DNA of 64,000 bases. Source: Rhizophagus irregularis (lineage: Eukaryota). Shown here piece after piece: positions 13,484 to 25,159 of the stretch (positions within the stretch are counted from its first letter, which is position 1; the number at the start of each line of letters is the position of its first letter). The translations under genes were made by a program, and so were the position numbers. Under the pieces are notes generated by a model, which worked only from the letters and a program-made list of their open reading frames with translations, was not told the DNA's origin and did no database searches. The stretch covers positions 4,340,001 through 4,404,000 of the forward strand of contig NC_089432.1 of assembly GCF_026210795.1 (NCBI RefSeq). The letters run 5' to 3'.

Positions 13484-15904
13484 TTATTCAAATCCATCTA
13501 AAGTTAAAAAAATAACAAATTATAAATTAATTATTTGCTTTAAAAAAAAAATCTTATTTAAGAACTTACCATCAGGAATTTCGAATTCATCTTGTTCTTT
13601 TGAATGAAGATTTGGATTATTATATACTTCGTCTTCATCTGTAAGAAATAAATAATTAAATTAAAAAATAACATAAAATTAAATTAAAAATTAGCATACC
13701 ATCAATATCATCAATATTTTGTCTTTTCATTTTTTGTTGAATTATTTCTTTTTCATCATCTAAATATTTAAATTAAAGCTAAATTAAATAAAAATATTAA
13801 CAAAATAATTTTTACTTTTTTTTGCTTACCATCAATATCAATTTCTTTCCTTTCCATTTGTTGTTGAATTATTTCTTTTTCGTCATATTATTTTTAAAAT
13901 AAAGTCACGTTATTTAATAAATGAAACTGATACAATGAATATTTTTTATTTTTACTTATTTACTCACCATTTGAATTTATTTGTAACTTTATAAATTCTT
14001 CAGGTAATTTTTCGCTATCACCTAAAATTAAGAATATAGAAATAGATTTTAATATTTTAATTTATTATTTCAAACAAATCACCTTTAAAATATTTATTAA
14101 TTATACTTGATAATTTCTTACTATTCTGTTTATTTGATTCATTAAAATCGTTAACTAAAATAAATATTAATTATTAAACATTATTATATAATATTTCAAC
14201 GCTATAACATTAATAAATACAGTACTTACTATTGTTAGGAATGTTAAAATCATATAATTTACTATGAAACACTATTAGTAGTAAAATAAAGTATTTTAAA
14301 AACTAAATTACTATAGTAACCAAAAAATGGTAGAAATTATTATTTATACGGTTAATACCTTCTTGTTCTTCTATTGCAATATAAATTCAGATAATATTAA
14401 TAATGTATTTTTAAAATAAATACATTCGTTAATAAAATATTATACAATTATACCTTCTGTTGCATTTTTTGGTTCAGGTAGATTTCCAAAGTTGTGAATT
14501 TTACTTGTAGATAATCTGCTGCTCGTATAATTTTCTTCTACTTTATTCATTTCTAAATTATTTATTTCTGATTTTAATAATTCATCTGACATATTTTGAT
14601 AATCTAAATTAATTCTTTCCATTCTTTCCCAGAGTGCATAAGCGACAGGTCTTTTTAATGGATCAGCATCCCAACATTCTTTCATTAAATTTTTATATTC
14701 TATTGGAGTTCCTGGCACAATTTTTGGTCTTATACCGTTAATAATATTCACTACAATATCATTTTCATGTTCATAATTTATAAATGGTGTTTGTCCAGAT
14801 GAAATTTCCCACATAAGAATTGCAATACTATAAATATCTGATGCAAAAGTATATTCTCTTCCAACAATAACTTCGGGTGCTATGTAAGGAAGATTTCCAT
14901 ATATACTTGTTGAAGATTTATCAGCAGGTCCACAAAATCCAAGATCACTAATATACCAACAATCATTAAATTGTGAATATAATATATTTCCAGAATGTAA
15001 ATCTCTATGAATTGCTTTCTCATCATGAATATAATAAAGTGCAAGAATTATTTCAAAAGTAATATTAATTCTCTTTTTCCATGTAAGTTGATTATGATTT
15101 TGTTGTAAATATTTTCTTAAATCTATATCCATTTTATGCATTACAAGCATATAATTTCCATTTGATGGATTTTGCGTTAAACCATAACATCGAATAACAT
15201 CCGCCCATTTATTACTTATAGTTAAATGTGATTTAGCCTAAATAACAACATGCTATTGTTAATATAAAACACTTAAATTTTACGAATAAATTTATAAATA
15301 CAATAATACAAACCTCTTCAAACCAACTTTTATTTGCACTTTCAACATTTTCTAATTTTTTTAATATTACTTCGAAATCTCCAATTCTTTTTAATTTTTT
15401 TTTTTCAGAATACCATTCATCATATCTTCCATTTATCCAATCTGCTGTATAAATTTCTGAGAATCCACCTTTTGTTAAATATTTAATATTTTCTAAATTA
15501 CTATATGGGATCCATTCAACTACCATATCTGGCGCCAATGTTTCCATTTGACATTCCTGTATTAAATTATCAATTTCATCATTCCCGGATGTCCAATTTG
15601 GAAAATTTTCTTGTAAATAATTTCGGACACAATATTCACAATATAATGTAGCTAAGCATTCTTGGTTACAATTTTCACAAATTCTTCTTGTACCATCATC
15701 TTCCATAACTTTATCTCGATCATAATTGTCAGTTAAAACTCTTATCGCTTCAGTTTTTTCATCATTTGTAAGAATTTTATCAGCAAGGATTGTTTGTTTA
15801 TGAAATTCAAATTGTTTGTGTATATCATTGTAAATATTAGTATCTGTTAATGTTGTTACTCTACTAATTGTTGCAGCAATTAACCCATTTCGAAGAGTGG
15901 ACAT
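13484..15904 (-). CDS. TKL-type protein kinase with N-terminal CxxC-CxxC motif and micro-exon-encoded C-terminal tail
   Basis: Exon 1 15904-15314 (CENCNQECLATLYCEYC, WTSGN, KGGFSEIY); exon 2 15237-14454 (HRDLHSGN, DLG, YIAPE, CWDADP). Short GT-AG exons follow, ending ..HSKEQDEFEIPDDGFE*. Confidence 0.9.
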
Positions 15905-17269
15905 AATGCAATCAATAAGAAAAAAAGAAATAATTATTTTAAGTTCGTTACTCCGAGATAAATTAGTAAAATGCAAATTGTTGATCAAAACTTCATGTTG
16001 TGCACACATAAATTTTGTGATCTTGAGGGCGTAGTATTTTACGCCTTATAACCAAAAAAAGAAAAGTATTACTACCATTTATTATTGTACTTTCTATACT
16101 TAGTATAAAATTAAAAATTCTTTTTTTTATTTTTTTTTTCAACGAATACAATTTGTGCTTAACAAATTTGATTGTCATACTTAATGAATAGATATTTAGT
16201 ATCCCTGATTATTGATTAATATTCAAATAATTTGATAAACAATACTTATTAATTTATTATTATTTTTCAATCTTATTTAAAAAATCAATATAAACATGAT
16301 TGATGAAAAGTCAATTTAGTTATTTTCAATTGAATTTATTTGAAAATAAACAACATGGCGAATAATGAACATGAAAGATTATAAGAAACTATTCAATTTA
16401 TTATTTCTACTAAGAAAGTCAAATCTAAGAGAAGAATTCCTGTAAAATTATATTTATTATTTTTTTTTTTAGGATGTAGTGATGGATCGCAAATATAGGC
16501 TTAAATAAAAATATATGGTTTAATAAAAAAAACAAGTTTTAAAGAGAATTATTACGTAACGATTTAGTGTAATAATAAATAAGGAATAGATCAGGCGCAA
16601 ATATGTCACAGGGTTTTCATATTATGGCACGGGTTTTCATGTTACACAATTCAAATTATTTATATGGAGACTATTCTAAATGGCAGAAAAAATTTCTTTT
16701 AGTTTATATATAAATTAGAAAAATTTTCATTCGCCAATTAAATGAATATTAATTAAAAGGGATTACTGATTTTATGGCCAATAAATGTATATTAAATGAT
16801 TTATGGCATGAATAATAATTTTTTTAATTTTTGAATAAGAATTTCATTAAAATACAAAGAATTGGTCATAATTCTGGCCAAAAAATTGCACAGTAAAAAT
16901 TAAGGAATTATGAAAGAAATGGATTTTTAACCAATTTTCTGATTCTACCCTGAAAATGAAATTTTGATTAGGTATAGACCATTTTACATTCGAATATATA
17001 ATTATTTTTTGCAAATTTGGCATTTTAAAAAATCTCAAAAAGTACCTGATTACTATCTTAATACTTTCTATTTAAATTAAAATCAATTTTTTAGGCATTT
17101 TCTCATTAATTAACTTCCATTTAAAATTGAAATTTTATTAAGCAAATTAATTTTTGTGCACTTTATAATGGTAAAAAAGTCAGTAATTTTTTCATTGGAT
17201 TTTTCAGAATTAACCATCAAAATTTTTTTTAAATAGACGACCTTTATTTAAATTATCTAACCTCAATTT

Positions 17270-17405
17270 CAGTCAGGATTTTGGCTGTCAAGATTTTAGA
17301 TTATCGGGATCTGTTACTACCAGGTTTTTGATTCAATCGGGATTTGGGTTTGTCAGAATTTTGGTAAACTGTCGATATTATGGTTGTCAAGATTTTTTGG
17401 GGATC
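17270..17405. repeat. Degenerate array of GTCRGGATTTT-like motifs, probable DNA-transposon terminus relic
   Basis: About seven copies of gtcaggatttt/gtcaagatttt/atcgggattt spaced ~15-20 bp. A related reverse-complement copy lies near 54490-54520. Confidence 0.45.
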
Positions 17406-19057
17406 CACACACTCAAGGTAAAAAGTAATCCGAGAAATGGATTTTCGAAATAAAAAATGGGAAACCACATTATTTCTCTTTATCCATAGATATTAAAATG
17501 TGAAATCACATTATTTCTCTTTCTCTGTACTGCGTAGATCTCAGAAAGACCAATTATTAATAATTTTTTTCTTGGCAATCTGGTGAACTTTGATTATATA
17601 AAGAAGTCTCTAGGTCCCAATTTCAAGAGCAAGTAAACTGCTACAAAGTGAAAAAAAAACGAAAGTGAGTTATATGAGTGCATTTTAAATATTTTTTTCT
17701 GCTACTTTATACCGAAAACATAATAAATTTTTATTCTTGTTAATATAGCACTTTTTCGCGATTACAATGCAATATTCTACTCTCACTCGTATTATTATCA
17801 TCTATCTCATGATTGTTCACATGTCTCAAGGTAAAAAGCCTAAATATGCATAGCAAATATAATAATGATGCTAATTTTTTGTTTATTTAATAACACATAG
17901 CGTACACACTTTCGGTTTGCCTTGATTTTTTCGCGGTCTGTCATGTATACATAACAGATTGTCATGGAACAATTTTAAGAGATGCTGGAAGGAAAAGTTG
18001 TAGTCAAAATAAATTTCACTGGCCTGATGCTCCCGACACATATTGCTTACATATATATCCTGTAACAGAAAGATAATAGATGGTGTCAAGGATGGAAAGA
18101 TGATTGCTTTGAAGTAACTGGTAACCTTGGCGAGTGGAACATATATAGATGTCCTTGCGATAATACTGAATTTTGTGGAAGAAGATGGATCCCCTTTATC
18201 TGGTCATATATGCACATAAATTTTAATATCTTGTCCCTGATTTATTATTCCTATGATTATATGTAATGTACATTACAAAAATTTATAGCTTTTCTTGAGA
18301 AAAGTAAGACAGTTAATACAATCATGCCTCCAAAAAGACGTAAATCGAACATTAATTTAAAGCAGCTAATTTCAAAAAAATAATTTGCATTTCTAGTGTA
18401 AAACAAAGATAGATCGTTTACTACGCCACATTACTGCGCAATTTTAATTTTGTGAAGATATAATTTGATTGACGAATGACGACAGTAATAAAGACTAACT
18501 TTAAATATTTCGTAATAACAATGTTGTACCAAATTATCATCATCATTAATGCCATCTTTATTATAGTATGAAAACATATTTTTAAATTTGAGGATGTTTG
18601 ATAATTTTCTTTTTGAAAAGATTCACCATCTGTCTGACACATGATTACAAGAGAATTTTTTATTTCTTGTCAAATCATTTAATTATCGTTCTTCCAGCAG
18701 TAATTGCAGTATAATACAACAAATCGTCATAACAATTTATTAACAGTTAATTAATATGTAAATATGAAAGTAATGATTCTTACTGAAAAATACTCAAAAG
18801 ATTTCGAATTTAAAATGGGAAAAAGTGAACAATTATTTATTTATACTATTTACTTTTTTATATTATTATTTTGTATTTTATAACAAGCCTAGTTGATAAG
18901 AGTCTATTTTATTATTAGTTGCCTTCAAAAAACTCTAAAAACTCTTTTAAACTTCTTTTTAATTTACTTCTTTCTTTAAATAAACCGTACTTCACATAAA
19001 TTCTAATAGTTGAAGTTCTAAAATGAAAAATCAATAAAATTAATTAATAAATAACTA

Positions 19058-19086
19058 CTAGCAGTAGCCCGTTGCTTCGCACCGGG
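19058..19086 (-). mobile_element. Helitron 3' terminus
   Basis: Minus strand reads CCCGGTGCGAAGCAACGGG (hairpin) ctactg CTAG|T, the canonical hairpin plus CTRR end followed by T. Confidence 0.7.
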
Positions 19087-19916
19087 TCCAATGAATTTGT
19101 TTAAATAGAACAATTTAGTATTATAATGTAAATTAAAGATGGACTTTATTCATTGTCTTATGTTTTTCGTATTTGTCGGCACCTTCTGTCCTTCTTGCAT
19201 CATTCAATATCATCGGCTATTGTAGCCGTTATTTCTTCCTCTAAAACTGGCTTCTTCTATATCCATTGTAGTGCCATAAACCCAGAATTAACTTTAGTTT
19301 AAATAATAGAGTATTTCGGAATTATAAGGATTATCTATATTTTGTGTAACATTGATAGTCCGAAGTAATTTGGATCAGAAATGAAGATCATCCTATTAGT
19401 AATAATGATGTAATAAGTTACAATTAATTTACGTTGATCAAAGGATTAACATGTAAATTATTATAACTTTTTGACTTAGTATTAGTAGTTCCTTTTTCTT
19501 AGAAGTTTTTATTAGTTCCTTTTAACTCCTTTTATTAAAAACAAGTCTTTTTAATTATCATAATTATTCTATAATGTCCTGACGAAATTTTATGATTATA
19601 TTATTTTACATTTATAAATAACTGTGTTATGATGACATATATAATAAAGAATAAACCTTTTATTAAATTATAAATTTTATGACTTTCATCAGCAAGTTTG
19701 AAAAGTGTTGATTCACACCAGTATACGCGTTGATCAACACCAGCTAGTTGTTCAACGCGTTTTACAATATTAATCAACACCCGTATACTAGAGTATATTA
19801 ACGCATAATGCTAATATACGCGTTGTTCAACTCTAATGTGTAGTTCAACACATTATGCATTGTTGTTCAACGCGCTGTATATTAACACTTAATTAAATTA
19901 AATTATATTTATTTTT

Positions 19917-19992
19917 ACTCACCTTAGGAATTGAACCAACACCTCAACTTATACTATTAATTATCTCACGATCTAACCACTGTACTATTTAA
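19917..19992 (-). other. tRNA-like sequence with Pol III A-box and B-box (not a functional tRNA)
   Basis: Minus strand TAGTACAGTGG (A-box-like, 19987-19977) and GGTTCAATTCC (B-box, 19937-19927) at tRNA-like spacing. No convincing cloverleaf or anticodon arm. Confidence 0.55.
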
Positions 19993-20553
19993 TTTAAGTA
20001 TATATTATATATATTAAAATTAATATTTAAAAAAAATTATTTCGGCATTGCGTAATGTACTCTATATCATGTGTATCACGTGATAATGGATTATTAATAA
20101 TTACCGCTGCGGACTGCGGTATGGCGAAAAAAAATTAAGCTTTTTTTAGCAAAGCTTAATTTTTTTTCGCTTCTCTTTCACTTTCGTTCTATTTCTCCTT
20201 TCACTTTCGTCCCATTTTCCCCCTTTCACTTTCACTTTCACTTTCTTCCCATTTTCCCCTTTTACTTTCCCCTTTCACTTTCGTCCTGTTTCTCCTTCCA
20301 CTTCGTCCCATTTTCCCTTCATTTTCTTCCCGTTTTCTCCTTTCTCTCTCATTTCATTTAGTTCCCTTCACTTTTCTTTCCATTCTTCCTTCGTTTTCCC
20401 CTTTCCCTTTTCGTTCCTCCTTTTCTCTTTCGTTCTGCCCTTCCAACTCCCGTAAAATGAGCTCCATTCAACGGAAATGTAGATAATTTGATAAATTCCG
20501 TAATATAAGGTTATTAATTCCAGAGATATAAGCCTTTTACGGAAAAACTTTTG

Positions 20554-21653
20554 GTAAGTTTCGCAACGAAACGTTGCGAAACTATTTTTCATTTTCTAAC
20601 GAAACGTTGTTTAACGTTTTGAAATAATTTTTTTTAAATTTATTTAATCGGAACGTTATCTAACGTTCTGATTATTTATTTTCTTTTATTTTTTTAATCG
20701 GAACGTTGAAAAACGTTCCGAAATATAATTTTTTTTAATTTCTTTAATCGGAACGTTGGCTAACGTTCCGATTATTTTTTTATTTTATTTTTTTAACGAA
20801 ACGTTGAAAAACGTTTCATTTATTCTTTTTTTTTAACTTCTTTAATCAGAACATTGGTTAACGTTCCGATTTACATTTTTTTCTTGTTTTAATGAAACGT
20901 TTTTAACATTTCGTTATTAACTTTTTTTTCATTCCTTTTAATCGGAACATTGAAAAATGTTCCGATTTACATTTTTTTTCTTTTTTTAACGAAACGTTTT
21001 TAACGTTTCGTTAATAACTTTTTTTTCTTTTTTTTAATCGGAACGTTGGCTAACATTCCAATTTTTTTATTTTTTATTCTTTTTTTAACGAAACGTTTTT
21101 AACGCTTCGTTAATAACTTTTTTTTCATTTTTCTTTAATCGGAACATTGGCTAACGTTCCGATTATTTTTTTTTATTCATTTTTTTAATCAGAACATTGA
21201 AAAATGTTCCAAATTATTATTTTTTTTATTTTTTCTTTAATCGGAATGTTGGCTAACGTTCTGATTCTAGTTATTTTCTTTTATTTCATTTTTTTAATCG
21301 GAACGTTGAAAAATGTTCTGAAATATTAATTTTTTTTTCATTCTTTAATCGGAACGTTGGCTAACGTTCCGATTAATTTTTTTATTTCATTTTTTTAACG
21401 AAACGTTGAAAAACGTTTCAAATATTCTTTTTTTTAAATTTTTTTAATCGGAACGTTGGCTAACGTTCCAATTTTTTTTATTTCATTTTTTAACAAAACG
21501 TTTATTAACATTTCGTAATATAATTTTTTTTTTAATTTTTTTCAATCGGAACGTTGGCTAACGTTCCGATTTTTTTTTATTACATTTTTTAACGAAACGC
21601 TTATTAACGTTTTGTAATTTTTTTTTTCATTTTTTTTTCCTTTCTTCTTTTAG
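20554..21653 (+). repeat. Tandem array of ~22 palindromes (period ~50 bp) filling a putative intron
   Basis: Units AATCGGAACGTT-ggct-AACGTTCCGATT and AACGAAACGTT-n-AACGTTTCGTT separated by T-rich linkers. Starts at GTAAGT (20554) and ends at a pyrimidine tract plus TAG (21653). Confidence 0.9.
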
Positions 21654-22790
21654 GTCAGCGGGTGGGCTTTCAAGTTCTGAAGAACGGAAAACCAAGATTC
21701 GTAAGATAAGTACGAATCTTGGTTTAATTTTTTTTTCTTTTTTTTTTTAATATTATTAATGAACGGTTACTAATAACCGTTTTTTTCTTTTTTTAGGTTT
21801 CGGGTGGGCTTCCAAAGATCGGAAAACCCCAAAGATTCATAAGTAAGAATCTTCATATATATATTTTTTTTGTTTTTTTTATTAATGAACGGTTACTAAT
21901 AACCGATCTTCTTTTTATTTTTTTAGGTTCGGTGGGCTTTCAAAGAACGAAAACCCAAAGATTCGTAAGTACGAATCTATATTTTTTTTTGTTTTTTTAA
22001 TTTTATTAATGAACGGTTACTAATAACTATTCTTTTCATTTTTTTAGGTTCGGGTAGCTTATGGTCTTTGGAAAAAGTGGAACCAAGTTTCGTATTACGA
22101 ATCTTGGTTTTATTTATTTTTTTTTTAATATTATTATAAATGGTTACTAATAACCGTTCTTTTTTTTTGTTTAGGTTCGGGTAGTTTTCCAAAAATCAGA
22201 GGAACCAAGATTCGTAAGTATTCCGAATCTTGGTTTTAATCTTTTTCTTTTTTTAAAAAAAATACTATGGACGGTTACTAATAACCGTTTTTTTCTTTGA
22301 TTTTTATAGGTTCGGGTGATTTCCGACGAATGGATGAACCAAGATTCGTAAGGTATGAATACGAATCTTGGTTTTATTATTTATTTTTTATTATTATTTT
22401 GGAACGGTTTACTAACCGTTCTTGTATTTTTTTTTATAGGTTCGGGTGGGCTTCCGAAGAACGGAAAACCTAAAGATTTGTAAGAAATCTTTACTTTTTT
22501 TTTATTTTTTTAATTTTTTTATTATTACAAACGGTTTACTAACCGTTCTTGTATTTTTTTTTTAGAAGTTCAGGTGGGTTTCGGACAAACGAAGGAACCA
22601 AGATTCGTAAGTACGAGTACGAATCTTGGTTTTTGTTTTTTTATTATTATTTTGGAATGGTTTACTAACCGTTCTTTCTTTTTTTATAGGTTCGGGTGGG
22701 CTTCCGAGTTCCGAATAATGGAAAAAAAAACCAAAGATTCGTATTATGATACGAATCTTGGGTTTTTTTAATTTGTTTTTTTTATCTATT
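21654..22790 (+). repeat. Nine ~130 bp tandem units, each resembling a micro-exon plus intron
   Basis: Unit: tttag|GTTCGGGTGGGCTTCC..AACCAAGATTC|gtaagt..acgaatcttggttt..aacggttactaa(t/c)..aaccgtt..ttttag. Exon-like blocks start at 21654, 21797, 21927, 22048, 22175, 22310, 22440, 22566 and 22690. Confidence 0.88.
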
Positions 22791-23559
22791 TTTTATAGGT
22801 ATCCGGTTCCTTCAGCGTTGGACTTTTAATTAGATTTCTCAACGTTAGACATGGCGTTGCTGTAGATTAGCATTTTGGAATGAATTGGTAAGTTTTGAAT
22901 AAAACTTACATTTTTTTATTTTATTTTTTTTATTTTTTTTTTAAATTTCTCTTTTCTTTTTGTAGTCCTCAGTCAGATTTTTAGAATAAGATTGTGTAAG
23001 TTTCGTTAACGAAACTTAATTTTTGTGTTTTTTTTATTTGAAACCTTATCTTGTTATGGTTGTGTTACCAGGGGCGCTTTGTCAATGGAAATTTAGTACG
23101 TTGATCGCTTAAAAATCCGCGGCAATCCAATTATAACAAGAGGAATTGATTTTTCATTAGATAATTTGATAATTTAATGTAATTTGTATTGTAACTGTAT
23201 TTATAAATAAATTTACAATTAATGAAATGTTAATAATATACAATAATATATATATTAATAAATTAATACTATTAAATTAACTACATTGCTATACGCGTTT
23301 TTAATATCAATATACGCGTTTTTATACATTATATACACGTTATTAAACTAGTGTTATTTTACTGTATGTTGTTTTACACATAAAACACTGTTGCACTACG
23401 CGGTTTTCAACATTTTTAAGTGGTGTTGATTGACAAAGGGTTTGTATCTTTACACTTTTTGGTGTTGAGCAACACATGGCATTTTTCAACACTTTATACG
23501 CCTGTTTAAAACTTGCTGATGTTATGAAAGAGACGAAATTCTTGTGGTGACAGAGTGGC

Positions 23560-24800
23560 AGAAGCTGTCATTGCACCATTATATTCTTGTCATCATCCAT
23601 TGATTGGTATATGATTTGCTCCTGTTGCATGTTCATTTGTTGATTGTTGTCCATGATGACTGTTGTTCTCACATTCGTTTCCATTGTTATTATTCCTTGG
23701 TTTATATTTATCATTGTTGTAGTTTCCTCTATTTCCATTGAATCTTCTGTTTGTTTTATATTTTCCTTCGTTGCCACTGTATGACTGTATCTATTTCTTC
23801 CATTATAATATCTTTCTCTATATCTAGTCTTTTCATTATAAGTTTGATATTATCATCTTCTGTTATCAAATCTTCCTACTTTATTGTCGTAACCTCTTTG
23901 TCCTTTACTGTAAGAATTTGATCTTTGTCCATAACCACGAAAAAACTGCTGTTTATTATAATAATAATTTTCTTGCGTTAGCCATGTATATTTCTCTGAG
24001 TCACTTTTTGTATATCATAATAATGACTCTTAAAGTAAATTATTAAATCAAATCTGTTACTCCGTCCATATCTAGCAATAAACCATGCATTTCTTGGATA
24101 TTTATGTTTTCGTTGAATCCCATAATTGTTGCTCTAAATTGTGAACTCATTTCTTTTTGTCTTTGAGTTAATCTAGCTGGTGTAAAATTAACTCCTATGT
24201 TTAAATTCTTTATTTGTAATGACCATGTTTCGAAAAATATTCTGTCTGTGCACATGACTCGTAATTCAACTTGTGTTCTTCAGAATTAATATTTTCAAAT
24301 TATGCCCACGTGAGCGATTGATTCAGTTAAATTATTTTTGTCAATATTATTAGTCTTATAAATTTTCCTAGTTTCTCCTGAATTTCTTTGTGTTCGAGAT
24401 ATTTATTCCTCAATTATTTGCGCAGGTAAACATTTGTCCGATTTAAAAAAAAAATAAACATTTGTCTGATTCTCACACCCATATTAGTAATTAGTAATTG
24501 ATAAACATTCTTTTCTATCATCATCGTTATATTGTGTCTCATATTTTTGGAATTACAGTTTTTAGTAGTTATTAGTTCTGTGTATCAAATTATCTAAATT
24601 TAGTGGTTTATTTCTTGTATTCAAAACTATTTGAGCTTTCTGATGTATATGTCGATCATTCATCATTAATTGTTCTTTCCCTTTATTGTTATTATTCTTA
24701 TGGTCAGAAGTCATTTCCATCTCATTATCATAATCCACATGTCTTCCATCTAGACTTTCCCAATCAAGAACTTGTCTTCTTTGTAGAGAATATTTGAAAG
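23560..24800 (-). pseudogene. Fragmented ORF, possibly a retroelement ORF1/RRM-like relic
   Basis: Intronless coding-like minus-strand fragments (WSLQIKNLNIGVNFTPARLT..QFRATIMGF) with several stops and frameshifts. The family call is by resemblance only. Confidence 0.35.
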
Positions 24801-25159
24801 GTTAAATGCGCCGTTTTTATTACTATCATATATTTGGCTAGCTTTAGATGCTTGTATTTGGTTATTGTAGTTCCCTTGTTCTGTTGCCAGTATGTTTCTT
24901 TGGATCTACATTTTTATAATAATTGTCAAGGTCACTTTCTAGCGCCACTACTCTATTTTGTAAAAATGTGTTCTCAGCATTATTGATATCTAGAAGGATC
25001 ATTGCTATTAAACTGAATATATGATAGTTTTAAAACATTCACATCTCCAGTATCAGAAACAAAATATATCAAGCTTAGATAGTCATATTATTCATCTAAA
25101 AGTGTAGTTGTCTGCTATCTTACGTGAAATAAACTTCCATTCTCTAGCTTGCCAGGAAT

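Larger units (their letters stand above)
19687..23521. mobile_element. 3.8 kb non-autonomous TIR element with subterminal repeats and structured internal arrays
   Basis: 13 bp perfect TIR CATCAGCAAGTTT at 19687 and its reverse complement ending at 23521; TT on both flanks. Subterminal tatacgcg and caacac/gtgttg motifs at 19700-19890 and 23290-23505. No transposase ORF. Confidence 0.75.

Noticed and set aside
17600..18700. Coding-like stretch with short ORFs
   Set aside because: Probably a gene or transposon relic, but no supportable family assignment.
19917..19992. Functional tRNA gene
   Set aside because: Boxes are present but acceptor and anticodon stems do not pair; kept only as tRNA-like.
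21977..22771. Short ORFs 21977-22192 and 22574-22771
   Set aside because: They lie within the tandem repeat units and run through intron-like T tracts.
20554..22790. CRISPR-like appearance of palindromic repeats with spacers
   Set aside because: Linkers are low-complexity T tracts, repeats are degenerate, there are no cas genes and the context is eukaryotic.
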